NCBI RefSeq assembly: GCF_006345805.1 | Contig: NC_043001.1 | Span: 11,904,001 to 11,968,000, forward strand | Source of the DNA: Octopus sinensis | Taxonomy: Eukaryota | Reading direction: 5' to 3' | DNA: 64,000 bases | Shown: positions 1 through 13,520 of the stretch, in pieces | Layout of the letters: every line of letters begins with the position of its first letter | How positions within the stretch are numbered: position 1 is the stretch's first letter | Translations under genes and position numbers: made by a program | Notes under the pieces: generated by a model | What the model was told of the DNA's origin: nothing | What the model saw: the letters and a program-made list of their open reading frames with translations, nothing else | The model's database searches: none

Positions 1-870
1 GCAGCACTCAACAACCCAGCTGAGAAACAGTGAACTTGTCCTAGTTCCAACATACTTGGGACGGCGCGTCACCAGGATAAAAACACTGGAAATACCACCA
101 GGAATGAATACTTGCTGGATTGTCGCCGCTGTGCTCCTCGACGTGGAAGATAAAATCAGAATTATCCAAGGCGAGAAACAAGTAAAACACAACTGAACTG
201 GTCTAGAATTACAAATAATGACCCAAATAAACCAAGACATTTTGTATCAAATTCCTGACTAACTCAGCCTTGCAGATGGCATTATGCTGAACGTTACAGT
301 TGAGGGCAGAAGGCCAAGATGTTATCAATACGGACAGAATAACCACCAGAAAGCCTTCTGCCCAGAAATTAAACAAAAGGAGGGCACTACCCTTTTGATA
401 CAAGCACCACCCACACAACAACCGAAGTAACCCCAACTACAGAAGCAACCTCAACAACAAAAGCAACCCCAACATGAGAAGAAACCCCAAGAAGAGAAAC
501 TAGAGAGGGCTCGAGCAAACACACCAATAACAACAACAACTATTACGCGAGAGATAACAACGCCCATAACAAAAGAGGGGCTGACCTCAACCATCAGCAC
601 AGCGCCTACAAAAATACTATCACCGTAGCTCTTGCCAGGAGAACAAAAAACATTCGCAAATTTTGACCCACTAGAACTACCCCTTCCCGACTCTGACCAC
701 TCAGACATGTTGTTCGGAGACCGACAGAATTGAGTGGACGGAAGTCACATCTAAAAGTCTAAGAATAGACACAACAGTGCTCCAACAAATAAGCAAGCTG
801 TAGCCCCCACAAAACCATTCAAGATCATCCGAAAAGAACAACAGCAACAAGAACAACACACCAATACCCA
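1..870 (+). pseudogene. Tx1/L1-clade non-LTR retrotransposon ORF1 (gag-like) remnant
   Basis: Manual translation gives ...LNVTVEGRRPRCYQYGQNNHQKAFCP..., a degenerate CX2CX4HX4C knuckle at 320-361, with in-frame stops; 5' end lies outside the window. Confidence 0.65.
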
Positions 871-894
871 CGCTTCCAACACCTTCTGTATTTA

Positions 895-2015
895 TTGACC
901 CTCTTACTTTGGAAACTGGAGACATTGAGAGGCATCTCGCGTGAACTAGGATGGTGGTGAGTTGTGTCGGTATACGCAGACAACGTCCTCATCATAATGT
1001 CGGACGACAAGCGTATACATTTGGTCAGTACTACTGTGAAAGAATATGAGAAAGTAATGAGAGCAAAGATTAATCTGTAAAAATTAGTGGGCCTGCAGCT
1101 CGGCCCCTGGAGAAGCAGATCCATGCTGACTGACAGCGTTGGGCCCGTAAAATTGCTCGGGGTCTGTTTCGGACCGGAACTACAACTGGAGAAGAACTGG
1201 AGCGAGGTGACGAGCAGGGTAGCCAGCCTCACCTAGAAATAGGCTGAGAGGTAGCGATCCTTGAAAGGTGGGGCAGAGCTGGCGAACACATATGTAGCCT
1301 CAGTCATTTACCACCGCCTCACATTCGTGCCTTGCTCCAGTTCGTACCTGGTGAAGCTGGAGAGTTTGTTTTCCGACTTTTATGGAAGGGACGGATTCCG
1401 CTGCTCAGGCGCTATATTCGCTTTCAACACCTTATGAACGGTGGGCTGAGTATGCCGTAGCTGGTGACATGCAGTCATGCGCTGAGGCTGCGGCACATTC
1501 AAAATTTCCTCGACAACGGTAAGAAGGTGTGGTCACCATTTGTCATACTCCCTTTCCCACAGCTTGTCTCTTTCAATGAGCTGCAAATTGAATCAAGCTT
1601 AGACCGAGGCTAGGCGTCTGGCACCTTGAGTAACGCCATGTGTCCGACAAACCCATATATCAGATATGCTCGGGCACTGGACGAGTGCGTACAGAATGGT
1701 TTCGTTCCTCAGTCAGTCGGGCAATGCTGTTAGTGGAAGTTCTATTATGGCGTTGTATAGAGGATTATTGGTTATAGGAAATGACGACTTTCTTGGGGTC
1801 TCTAGGCGTCCATGAATTTCAACGTGCCAGATTGTTCCGGAGGACTTTCGGACCGGAACCTATGGATAACTTCCATAATCCCTGTCCTGGCAGTACTACA
1901 GAGGGTCTTTGCCTGTTGGCGATAAACTCTACAGGCATGGGAGTGCCTTCAGTCGCACCTGCCTGAGATGTGCGCAGAGCAACGAAACATTCTGTACGCA
2001 CTCGTCCAGTGCCCG
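895..2015 (+). pseudogene. Tx1-clade ORF2 remnant (C-terminal RT, thumb, CCHC finger)
   Basis: VSVYADNV at 973-984, RAKIN, KLLGV, FLWKGRIP, NGGLSMP, terminal CLRCAQSNET..YALVQCP; several stops; homologous to 40920-42745. Confidence 0.85.
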
Positions 2016-2023
2016 ACCAGTTT

Positions 2024-2145
2024 CTCAATGAAAAGTGGATCCTTTACGACAACCGGCGACGCTCAGCTCAGTGGCTGGACGCCGACGAAGCTCCACGGCA
2101 CTTTGCGAAGCGAAGGTTGCACCAAAACAATGTCATGGTGACAGT
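2024..2145 (+). pseudogene. mariner transposase fragment
   Basis: NEKWILYDNRRRSAQWLDADEAPRHFAKRRLHQNNVMVTV matches the mariner DEKW..YDN...WL...KVM segment. Confidence 0.85.
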
Positions 2146-2254
2146 TTCAATTAATAAAGTTTTGTTTGAGCTGAGATATGTGCATCGCAATTTAAACGTT
2201 AAAAACCGCAAGAACTTTCTTGACAACCTAATACAATTTCTTAAACATTCAATT

Positions 2255-2533
2255 TGCAAGAATTTGCAGTGTGAAAACGGTAAATGTTGTACTTGTAATA
2301 ATTCGTACTTTGGGAACTGTGAACATAGATATAGGCAAATAGTTGAAGGAGATTGTAGAAGAATGCCTTGTAGAGTTTCTACAGAAAGTTTGCTCCTTAG
2401 AAACAGGAAAGATTATGAAGAGGGTTTTTAGCACTTCAAAGACAATTGAAAGCTTTCGGATACCTAAAGTTACAGGTAATACACACTTCCCACATAAATC
2501 CTACGAGGAATAAGAACAAACCTGAGCAAGTTC

Positions 2534-2534
<1 letters not shown>
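2255..2534 (+). mobile_element. R4/Dong-clade LINE 3' fragment ending in (AAT)n
   Basis: KTVNVVLVIIRTLGTV...EFLQKVCSLETGKIMKRVFST resembles the RLE C-terminus; followed by (AAT)n at 2535-2595. Confidence 0.65.
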
Positions 2535-2595
<61 letters not shown>

Positions 2596-2596
<1 letters not shown>

Positions 2597-2760
2597 GACA
2601 AGCCTTTCTACTATAGGCAGAAGGACTGGAATTTCGCAGTGAGTGGATAAGTCGATAACATCGGTCCACGATACAGCTGGTACTTACTTTAAATTCTCCA
2701 AAATGATGAAAAGGAAAGTGGAATTCGGCGGAATTTGAACGGAGAATGTAATGAATCGGA
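2596..2760 (-). mobile_element. tRNA-derived CORE-like SINE family A, decayed
   Basis: Similar to family A copies (gcggaatttgaac B-box complement, ctggtactta). Confidence 0.65.
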
Positions 2761-3334
2761 CAGCTATCGAAAAGCAAATACCGGCGAAACTAGAAACCCA
2801 GCAGATTTGAGGTAAAGCGGCTAGACCTTTACACTAACCCCGTACTGAATAGATAGCCTATTTTATCAATGGTGAAAGGATGGACGTTAACATTAATCTT
2901 CACGGTCTCACTAATGGCTACCACAGCTGTGCTTAGTGACTTACACATTCTCCTAAGAGTGCATCTGTATTTGTTGGACAAACATAGCGGCAGTTATTCC
3001 CCTTAGCCTTTCCAAAAAAGCTGACAGTCTGCTCTTCAGAAGCCTTGGCTATCTTTCGATACTCTCTTTAAATATTTTTTGTTATCCATACGAACATAGC
3101 CAAGAATGTTGCCATTTTTAGTAGTTTTCATTCTGTAAATATTATATAAAATTAGTGCCCGAGATAAGGATTTCCCTCACGTGTGTATTTTCCCCATCTC
3201 TAAACATAGGAGTATATAATGTAGACGATGTTTTTGTCTAGGCTGAAACCGTTTCGATGTCTGCGTCTGTTTTATTAAGTTTATTCAATGAATATCAACC
3301 GGAACTATAAGTCGAAAGAGGGAAGAATACTTTC

Positions 3335-3537
3335 TAATATTATTGGTTTCAAATTTTTGGCACAAGGCCAGGAAGTTCGGGGGAGGGAGTATGTCAATTA
3401 TATAGACCTCTGTGCTCAACTGGCAACTTTGTTATAGATCTCGAAAAGATGAAATATAAAGTCGACCTTGGCGGATATTGAACTAAAATTGTGATCAATT
3501 TGCCCAGCCTACTACCGGTTCCGCCAGCTCGCTGTCT
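3335..3537 (-). mobile_element. SINE family A, decayed
   Basis: Head ccgccagctcgct, central aaagtcgaccttggcgga, tail ggcacaaggcc. Confidence 0.75.
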
Positions 3538-4845
3538 CAATTTTTAATAATATTAACATCTGCTAACACGTTTCCCTGTTTGTACATGTCTATATTTACT
3601 TGTGAAAGTTTCCGATTTGGTTTGCTTTACATCTATAAAGTGATTCCATACAAGAAAATCGATAAAATAATTACCACAGTGAACCTTATATTGGGGTGAA
3701 CTAAAACCAATCGAACACAAACCAGTGAGGGCAGACGTCTAGGATGGCCACGGTCGAGCAAATCAAAACAGGAAGATAATAAATATATAAAATATCAAAC
3801 TAAACGAGGTCGAATTTCTCACCTCTGCAAATTAGATATTTAAGACCGAAATATATATACGATTAGAGAACAGCAGTGTTTACTCCAGACATCACTGAAC
3901 ATTGATTATGCTCTAATTAAATTGTTTTTATTGATTTCTAATAATGGTTTATTAATAGCTTCTTACAAGTCCTTGCATCTCGGCGACAGATAACTGGACG
4001 TATCTTAGGCAATAAATGCTGCCACATTATTGATCGCGAAATTCAAGACTAGATACTTTAATCCTTAGAGCGTATTTACTTACGCTTCGTATTCATGTTT
4101 AAGAATAGCTGATATTCATGGAATAAACTTAATAAAACGGATTATATTTTATACGAATATTGATTACAAATATTCTGACACTCGGAAATCTAGCTGAAAG
4201 TTCAAATCAAAATTAAGTGTTCCTTCACAGCCGTTTGCTTTTAAATAGGTATAGAGATATTATGTGTATAATATATGCAGTAGGAATAGAAACGTGGAAC
4301 GGTACGAAATGAAAAATTTTCTCGCTTAGAAACATCACAAACAGATATTCAATGCTTAAAATACAGGGTTCTGCTCAAAATACCGACAGGTCGCCAGACA
4401 CTATCATTCGAGGTCAATTGATCTAAATGACGAATAGTGTAGGGAGACGATCAAATCTGGTTCCGAGTGACGTGCTATGGTTTAAATGTACAAATCCTTT
4501 GGCAATGTTTCTGCGCTACAAAATTTTAGAATTGCTAGTTCCGTGTTTGTATGCATATACCGATTCTTTGATCTAAGATTGTTTCAAGTGTGTACGTTAA
4601 TTGATTAATTTTTCCCCTAATGATATAAATGACTAGAAATATTCTTCAAGCTTCTATTGAAAATATGACATGGATTGGAATTGCAATGAATTTTATTACA
4701 ACTGTTTAATTTTATAAACACGTGGTACGTAGGTGGCATTTACTAGCAGGGAGATAACCAGGTTTATACAAATTATATAAGTCATAAACAATTTCAAATT
4801 CTTTCATAATGAAGAAAAATTCATGAACTCCTATATGACGTTATG

Positions 4846-4985
4846 CTAGTCAAGGTTAACGTTAGCTGTTTCTGTCATTATTGCTTTGATAAAGGTAGAT
4901 TTGGCACATTTATCGAGGCCAAATTGCATCCTGATGTCATCCCTGAATTCTTTAACAATCACTGGTAAGGCCCTGTAGCTGTTGG
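4846..4985 (-). pseudogene. R4/Dong-clade RT fragment next to (AAT)n
   Basis: VKEFRDDIRMQFGLDKCAK matches the DIGMxFGLDKCA RT motif. Confidence 0.7.
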
Positions 4986-5013
4986 TTATTTTTTGCTTAT
5001 TATAATTATAATA

Positions 5014-5046
<33 letters not shown>

Positions 5047-5057
5047 GTTGTTGTTGT

Positions 5058-5290
5058 TGTGGTTAAAAGTGACACTGGGGTAAATTATACGAAGCTCAGT
5101 ATACCCATCATGACCACCCGCCTGATAAAGGTGCACCAGACACATGAATCAGAACCATATATGCGCGACATGGTGATCTCATATCAAGATAGACAGCGCA
5201 TGACCTTGCCGGTGGGGCCCAGTTAGAATTTTTCTTCAGGTCAAGTAGCCCATCCCACTCCTCCCGATCGCCTCTCGGAGCCATTCAACA
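5058..5290 (-). mobile_element. (AAT)n-associated non-coding repeat family E, 3' part
   Basis: Reverse complement of 9830-10030. Confidence 0.8.
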
Positions 5291-5430
5291 GCAGCATTCG
5301 CCCTATTTGTCTGGACTGCTACGTAAGTTTGGCAATAAATATTAATATTAATACATAGTACTGCTGCTGTGTCTCTCCTGTAGAGAGATTTAGAAATTAT
5401 AACATTCATATATATTCATATATATATATA

Positions 5431-5621
5431 AAGTTAATCCAAACAAGAAAGCACAAAACAACACAACAACGCGAGAACGTGGAACAAATATAGTATTATT
5501 GGACGTTCAGGAAAGAAGGAAAGAAGGAGAGTTTAACGTTTCGAGCGGAGCTCTTCGTCGGAAACATACGAGAAGGAAAGATCCAGAGAAGGGAAGACAG
5601 AGGAAAAAAAATCGCCAACGA
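5431..5621 (-). mobile_element. (TA)n-flanked short element family H1 carrying a hammerhead
   Basis: Homologous to 12915-13085, 24392-24604, 33076-33268; strand given is the HHR sense strand. Confidence 0.8.
5531..5565 (-). ncRNA. minimal type-I hammerhead ribozyme, U4C core variant
   Basis: Minus strand GUUU-CCGACGA-A-GAGC-ucc-GCUC-GAAA-CG-UU-AAAC. Confidence 0.6.
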
Positions 5622-5739
5622 TTTTATATATATATAGACAGATAGACAGATACACACACAAACACACACATATACATATATATATACATACACACACACA
5701 CGCACACGCAGGCACACACACACACACACACACACACAC

Positions 5740-5790
<51 letters not shown>

Positions 5791-7164
5791 GTATACATAT
5801 ATATAACATTCATAACCCAAATGATACTTATGAGCATAAATGCATACATACTTACATACACAGAAGTAGAGAAGCATTTATATATATATATATATATCCA
5901 CACACACATACACACACATATAGACAGAAGCACACAAATACACATACAGAGAGAAAGCGGGGAAGAGAGCGACAATGAAACTAGTACATTTAATTCCTAC
6001 AGCTTTAAGCATACGTAACCTGTCGTGCGCCGATATGAAAAAAAACCCCAGATATTTCGAGAACATATTTTGATCAAAGCGGCCATTACAGGTATATCCA
6101 ACAATCGATTATTAATTGTAACTATCATTAATGATACGCCTTTGAGGAATATAATTATATATTCTGTTGCGCAAGTTAACTATCTTTATATAAATTGCTA
6201 GAAAATGAAAAGCGAAATTACTTTATATTGTGTTATTGGTTTCTATGAATTCCGCAGTCAACCCTTATAAAATCAATTGATCTTTTATTAAAATCTATCC
6301 GCTTACGAAACGTTTATCTGTGAATAACCTTCTATTTTCCCAGTAATATATAAAATCTTGGCGCTCTAATTTATCTCATTGATTTTCATTTCGTTCAATA
6401 GGCATTATTCAACTTAAGAATTGAGCAGATACAAACAACGCTAACAAGAAATAACTAATAGATGCCATTTTACGGCTTCCTCGCATAAAGCATGAAAATG
6501 ATAATACAAAAGAACCCAATGAAACGTAGATTAAACATAAGTAGATATTTGTCCATCAACAAATATTGGCAATTATCAGAAAGATGCTCGTCTCTTATAA
6601 CTACAATCCTACATTTATCTCTTGCTTTCTACTTAACTCGCGGCGCTTTGTTTAAATTCCTACGCATTTTCCAGAAATTCTGCCTTTCTACAAAATCTTT
6701 TCAAATAGCACACCTGTATAATCTGAAGGTATTGTGTTGGACTCAGAAACTTATCAAAACCTTTTCCATGATTATCGATCAAAAGAAACTACTTCTGCTG
6801 TGTATTGATTTGAAGGCATGACTGTTATCCAATTGGCAGAGGACTTAAAGTGAGAACAGAGTGATACCTGTTCCAGAAGGTATGATTGTGAATGAATGAA
6901 GCTCGTACTAACGTCTTCTTATCATCAAGACAAATATTACCACTTGTACTGATCTATTGATCTGCTCTTCTGCATAGACACACACAGACACACACACAGA
7001 CACACACACAGACACACACACACACACACACACACACACCACACACACACACACACACACATGCAGAAGAAGGTTGAAAGATAATACTCGAACCCAACCA
7101 AAGCATAATAAAATTCTATCGTACGGAAGCCGAGTATCATATATATATGTATATATGTCTTTAA

Positions 7165-7393
7165 GGCGGCTAGCTGGCAGAAACGTTAGCACGCCGGGCG
7201 AAATGCGAAGCCGTATTTCGTCTGCCGTTACGTTATGAGTTCAAATTCGGCCGAGGTCGACTTTGCCTTTCATCCTTTCGGGGTCGATAAATAAAGTACC
7301 AATTTCGCACTATGGTCGATATAATCGACTTAATCCGTTTGTCTGTCCTTGTTTGTCCCCTCTATGTTTAGCTCTTTGTGGGAAATAAAGAAA
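7165..7393 (+). mobile_element. SINE family A, full length
   Basis: A-box tggcagaaacgtt, B-box gagttcaaattc, CORE-like gcctttcatcctttcggggtcgataaa, tail ttgtgggaaataaagaaat. Confidence 0.9.
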
Positions 7394-8547
7394 TATATAT
7401 ACATATATATGTATGTATGTGTTTGTGTGTGTGTGCGTATGAGGTTGGATGGACTCACTACCATTTGTTAAATAGCAGGATTTAAGCATCTACATCTGAA
7501 TAAAAGTCAAAGATTTTATTCAAAGAATCGTATATCTTATTCTATAAAAAACAAAACAAAACAATTATAACCATGCCTTATTTTACCTGATATTCATATT
7601 AATAAAATATTTTGAGTTAGATTGTTCCACAGAGATTATTATTAATTACGCTGAAAATATTTATATGTGACAAGGACTCGCTCTGTGAAATTGATTAGTT
7701 CTCTACGATATACAAATATCTTATGAGAGTAATAACACCAGATGTCATTAAGCGTGTGAATAACCAGATGAAGGATGGAAAAGGCTCGATTGACGACCAC
7801 ATTACACCTGTCAGAGATATATTGTTATTTTTCCGTAATGTTCTTTATTTGTTAACAATATTTCCTGTCTGTGATGATCTTTTCTTTGATAATTATGATT
7901 TGACACTCTAAGCCGGTGCAGCAGATAACAAAGCGAGTAATAATTGCTAGAATTTACGTCAATCGAGACGAGAGTTCACAATAAATTATTTTAATCTAAT
8001 ATCGTTACTCAGACGCAAATAATATTAAATTGTCATCTACATTCACTTGGCTTCCTCAATTCTTCAAGAGACTATTAACTGGATAATTGTAATTAAAAAT
8101 CATTTTGATTTGTGTATTACATTGACTTTCTCTCATATTCTTTCAATTATATCCGACTTCCAGTGATTGCGGCGGGTTACTTAAAATCTAATTTATTAAA
8201 AACCATAAGAATAGCACAATAGTTATTTCTCGTAAATTGTCAGACTTGAGAAGCACTAAATCTGATTGGAGTTCTTAATTTTCCTTACGTTGTTTTAGCT
8301 GTTTTGTTATTATTTTTTTTTAACAGTTAAGAAGCGAAGGTATTAAAGACGCTCCTGAGGTAGACGATTCTCAAAACAACGAAGATAAACGGTGATACAC
8401 CAAAGAACTTTAAATGCTACCAATATTTAACAGATAATAGACATTGTTATATTTCGGGATGGACATTTTCTGTTCTTGCCAAATGAACCCACGCATTATA
8501 CGTTTACTTTTCACTTGTTTATTATTTTTTTCTATTTTATGTCCCTT

Positions 8548-8590
8548 GTCTGGAAGTATTTCGTCATACATCACTGACCTCTTCAGCGAC
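8548..8590 (-). ncRNA. type-I hammerhead motif, partly decayed
   Basis: Minus strand GUCG-CUGAAGA-G-GUCA-gugaugua-UGAC-GAAA-uacu-UC-CAGAC; stem I imperfect. Confidence 0.45.
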
Positions 8591-8634
8591 TCTCCGCCCC
8601 ACTGTTTCTCCTCCTCTTCTCTTTAGTCCATTCA

Positions 8635-9220
8635 CAATAATCTTTTCTACTCTAGGCACAAGGCCTGCAATTTCGGGGGAGGTGGTCAGTCAATTATATT
8701 GACCCTAGTACGCAACTGGTACTTAATTTATCGACTCCGAAACAATGAAAGGCAAAGTCAACCTCGACGCAATTTGAACTCAGAATATAAAGACAGATGA
8801 AATACCTATTTCTTTACTACCCACAAGGGGCTTAACACAGAGAGGACAAACAAGGACAGACAAACGGATTAAGTCGATTATATCAACCCCAGTGCGTAAG
8901 TGGTACTTAATTTATCGACCCCGAAGAGATGAAAGGCAAACACGACCTCGGCGGAATTTGAACTCAGAACGTAACGGCAGACGAAATACCTATTTCTTTA
9001 TTACCCACAAGGGGCTAAACACACAGAGGACAAACAAGTACAGACAAACGGATTAAGTCGATTATATCGACCCCAGTGCGTAAGTGGTACTTAATTTATC
9101 GACCCCAAAGTGATGAAGGCAAAGTCGACCTCGGCGGAATTTGAACTCAGAACGTAACGGCAGACGAAATACCGTTAAGCATTTCGGCCGCCGTTCTAAC
9201 GTGCCTGCCAGCACACCGCT
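8635..9220 (-). mobile_element. SINE family A multimer (one head, three ~184 bp body units)
   Basis: gaaatacc junction motif at 8799, 8983, 9166. Confidence 0.9.
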
Positions 9221-9371
9221 TTCGTCCCTTCCCTAGAATAACAAATGAGTGAAAAATATATAGTACGTGTGTTTATTTGGCAAGAAAAAGGTGTCCATCA
9301 CGAAATATTGCAACATCTGTTTCAACACACGATTTCACGTAAGGGATGTTGCAAAACAAATGTATAAACGT

Positions 9372-9437
9372 AACAGTGGTTAAGAGCGCGTGCTAATAGC
9401 CCCAAGATTCCGAGTTCGATTCCAGGCAGTGACCTGA
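9372..9437 (+). mobile_element. short tRNA-like SINE head with (AAT)n tail
   Basis: agtggttaagagcg A-box and gagttcgattcc B-box; no acceptor stem; followed by (AAT)n 9438-9498. Confidence 0.55.
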
Positions 9438-9450
9438 ATAATAATAATAA

Positions 9451-9498
<48 letters not shown>

Positions 9499-9499
<1 letters not shown>

Positions 9500-10054
9500 G
9501 CCCTGATGCAGTACCAGGCAGTGGCTCTCATGGCTTCTGATCTTAACTGATTGGAAGTGTTATCATGTACATTGTTTTGTCTTGGCATAAAAGATGGGCT
9601 ACAGCAAATATTCTGCTCAATACCACAGATTTGCTTGTCAGTTGTTTGACCTTAACCAGTTGAGCATGTCCCTTAGTGGCTGACGATATGTGCATCTCTG
9701 ATCAGGAGCAGAAGTAGTGGGGGAGCATCATAGCCATGTGTTGAGAGGGATTCTTTGGGGTTTGAATAATTCACCTCTGGAAACATAGGTGGTTCTTTCA
9801 ACATCCTTAAACAACCCTTATTCAGGAACCTTTTGAGCGGGATGGGCTACTCGACCTGAAGAAAATTCTAACTGGGCCCCACATGCAAGGTCATGCGCCG
9901 TTTACCTTGATATGAGATCACCATGTCGCGCACATATGGTTGTGATGCATGTGCCTGGTGTACCCTTATGAGACGGGTAGTCATGATGGGTATATTGGGC
10001 TTCGTATATTTTACCCCAGTGTCACTTTGATGGCATGAACTGCTCTCTCACTCA
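9499..10054 (+). mobile_element. repeat family E, longest copy, bounded by (AAT)n on both sides
   Basis: Partial copies at 5058-5290, 26423-26680, 44545-44692; no ORF. Confidence 0.8.
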
Positions 10055-10109
10055 ATAATAATAATAAAAATAATAACAATAATAATAATAATAAAAATTA
10101 TAATAATAG

Positions 10110-10192
<83 letters not shown>

Positions 10193-10236
10193 TTATAATA
10201 ATAATAATAAAAATTATAATAATAATAATAATAATG

Positions 10237-10268
<32 letters not shown>

Positions 10269-10377
10269 GATGATGATAATGATAATGATGATGATGATGA
10301 TAATGATGATGATGATGATGATGATAATGATAATGATGATGATGATAATGATGATGATAATGATGATGATAATAATA

Positions 10378-10410
<33 letters not shown>
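10055..10410. repeat. (AAT)n/(GAT)n compound microsatellite
   Basis: Directly visible. Confidence 0.98.
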
Positions 10411-10604
10411 GGCAGCGAGCTGCTGGCAGAAACGTTAGCACGCCGGGCGAGATGTGCATACATAAACGGAGCACAACAAAGAAGTGATACACGCTCCATT
10501 GTCACGTTTCACAAGTTACTTTTACTTCTACACCGGCTGATGATTAAATCTCTTGAGTATTACTAAATGTATTCTATACGGAGAAGCTTTGGATCTCACC
10601 TGTG

Positions 10605-11000
10605 GGCTACATGCGTACATACATACATACATGCATGCATACATGCGTACATACATACATGCATACATGCATACATACATACATGTATGCATACATACAT
10701 ACATACATGCATACATACATACATACATACATACATACATACATACATGCATACATACATACATACATACATACATACATGCATGCATACATGCATGCAT
10801 ACATGCATGCATACATACAAACATACATACATACATGCATTCATACATACATACATACATACATACATACATACAAACATAATACATACATACATACATG
10901 CGTGCATACATACATACATACATACATACATGCGTGCATACATACATACATACATACATACATACATACATACATACATACATACATACATACATTCATA
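10605..11000. repeat. (TACA)n/(TGCA)n microsatellite
   Basis: Directly visible; source of several spurious ORFs. Confidence 0.98.
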
Positions 11001-11081
11001 CATTTGAGGCACTCCATCGATTACAACGACGAGGTTTCCAGTTGACGCGGTCAACGGAATTGCCTTCTCGTGAAATTAACG

Positions 11082-11113
<32 letters not shown>

Positions 11114-11163
11114 AGTGTTGAAAACATCTGTGCTGCAGATGAAGCAGTAGACGGTATTATAAA

Positions 11164-11395
11164 GCGGCGAGCTGGTAGAAACGTTAGCACGCCGGGCGAA
11201 ATGCTTAGCGGTATTTCGTCTGCGTTACGTTGTGAGTTCGAATTCCGCCGAGGTGGACTTTGCCTTTCATCCTTTCGGGGTCGATAAATTAAGTACCAGT
11301 TACGCACTTGGGTCGATATAATCGACTTAATACCTATGTCTGTCCTTGTTTGTCCCCTCTGTGTTTAGTCCCTTGTGGGTAATAAAGAAATAGGT
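11164..11395 (+). mobile_element. SINE family A, full length
   Basis: Same head, core and tail as 7165-7393. Confidence 0.9.
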
Positions 11396-11849
11396 ATTAT
11401 TTGGGAAATGTATCCAAGGTTAACAGAGACAACTCAGGATGCAAAATCACCAACGGGCTATCATGCATCGATAACCGTATATTTTTTCATAAGCTGCTGT
11501 AATGCTGCAGATACAGATATATGCAACTTATTTGACATTGGTAAAACTTTACGTTAAATCCGGTGTATCCAATCAGTTAAAAGTGGTCTGATAAGAGCCG
11601 ATATTACTTTGGGTCAGTTGACAATATATCTTGTGCCTTTAATAAGAGCGTTTTGTAAATCTGTTGTCCTGAGTCACAACTGTGTGTTAATGGTTATATT
11701 GGACACTGTTCTGCACAACCTTCAGTAGAACTCTCATAAGAATACTATATTTTGCATCAAAGTCTTGTCCAAATGCAATTATTACGCTAGTCCCAATATA
11801 ATGGCTTACACCGATCTATTAGAATAAATATTGCCAACTACAATATGCA

Positions 11850-12250
11850 GTGAATCTTGGCAGACCAGTACAGGACTTTTTTTCATGGAATTTAATGTAA
11901 AAGTTATGCCTTACTGTGTTGTCAGTGTTTGGGAAAATTTAGAAGAATCTACAGTGAAAGTGGATGGCATAAATAGTGTCTAAGATCGATATTTGATTAT
12001 CAAGCCGTTGAAAATCGCTATATAGTATTGAAGGAGTGAAGGGAAAAGATATACATAATCTGCTTTCTTATAATCGTTACTTAACAAATCCTGCCGGAAG
12101 GGATTTTCTGTTGTAAATGAATGAAAATTATATTCGGGAATGGATTATCGTAGCTGAAGATGCTGGTTATGTGAATCATTATACTGCCTGAAAAATCGTG
12201 TAAATCATTGTAAATCTACAGCAAGATGCCAGTGAACAAGCGAGTGGCGA
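11850..12250 (+). pseudogene. possible pogo/Tigger transposase C-terminal remnant
   Basis: Frameshifted MEFNVK...VVSVWENLEESTVK..GWHK and IREWI..EDAGY segments; heavily decayed. Confidence 0.3.
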
Positions 12251-12743
12251 GGGAGAAAATTTAGTTGAAGGAGCCTCTATTAATCGATAAATTCATTTGA
12301 CAGGTGAACTGCTAAGATGTCCAGTGTAAAGTAGATTAACAAAGGAAAACGATATATTGAACATTTATATTCTGTAGGGAAAGTTTCTCAAAGAAAAGCC
12401 GAAGTATCCTATTCAACACATACGATATGTTCGAAAATGTAACCAAAATGTTTTGCCCACTGACGTTATCACCTGAAAATTTAGTGATTTCAACTGTTTG
12501 TACAGTTACTCAGCTTACTCGTTATTAATTATACTAATCACGTTCAAATATGAATAAGATAAGAATCCACGTGTTTCACCTTAAATAATAGGTATTGCCC
12601 TGCTGAGCGGGAACGTGAAACTCTGAGTAACAGTTTTTTGTGATATTTCTGATGCTTTTAGTAAAGCATATTACTCTACCTCTGGTATTCGGGTACTCAT
12701 TCTTTCAACTTGTTTCACATTTCTATGCTTATTCCGGTCCATA

Positions 12744-12777
<34 letters not shown>

Positions 12778-12914
12778 TATAAGAAGAGAATTGAAGAATT
12801 ACATTGCAAGGTTTTAGCATGAACAATTAAACAAAGACTGTTCATGACTATATCAGTAGTCAAGCATGCTAACATATTTATATATATATATATATAATAT
12901 ATATATATATATAT

Positions 12915-13085
12915 AATTACTCCAACATGAACAAAGAGAAAACACAACAACGCGAGGACGAGGAACAAATGTCGTGTTATCGGACGCTCAGGAAAGGAAA
13001 GAAAGAAGGAAGATTTACCGTTCCAAGGAAGGGAAAACAGCGAAAGACAGTGTGTATCGCCAACGATACACACGCGGTCACACAC
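12915..13085 (-). mobile_element. family H1 copy, HHR segment lost
   Basis: aacacaacaacgcgaggacg...tcgccaacgatacacacgcggtcac shared with other H1 copies. Confidence 0.75.
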
Positions 13086-13091
13086 AGACAT

Positions 13092-13122
<31 letters not shown>

Positions 13123-13520
13123 AGGAAATAAGTATATGTATTGATGAAAAACCTCTATGAATGGGTGAAGATTGCTCAACATTTTAAAACTGATGTAATA
13201 TATACAATGTTTAATAAAATGATGTAGCATGAAGCGATCGTACCAAATTACCGAAGATATTCTTGTTGCTTACTTTGATGATATATATATAAAGAGAGTA
13301 TTATGGCATCATAATTACGACGGAAAGGGTCACAAAATCCCTTAAATGCTTAGAACTAGCAGTCACAACTGCTGTAACAGCTTATTCACTTATATTTTTG
13401 TCTTCACAAGAACGCTGCGGGCGACATGACACATAAAAGTCGCAATTTAAAAAGATATTTGCTTAATTCTTGTTTGAAATTTCGAAGTTAGAAACTTGTT
13501 GTACTCTATCATATATAGAG

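Noticed and set aside
1970-2431. 153 aa ORF
   Set aside because: Chance read-through across three unrelated remnants (Tx1 end, mariner fragment, off-frame Dong fragment)
6492-6821. 109 aa ORF and nearby gtatga donor
   Set aside because: No recognisable domain, and no acceptor gives an open frame up to the donor
8635-9220. Regularly spaced repeats resembling a CRISPR array
   Set aside because: Units are ~184 bp SINE bodies without unique spacers; eukaryotic context, no cas genes
9499-9570. HDV-like ribozyme at the 5' end of family E
   Set aside because: A P3/L3-like segment can be drawn but P1 and P4 cannot
12600-12633. CUGCUGA-GCG-ggaa-CGU-GAAA-CUCUGAG-UA hammerhead-like string
   Set aside because: No stem I pairing in this copy; may be a decayed HHR but cannot be supported
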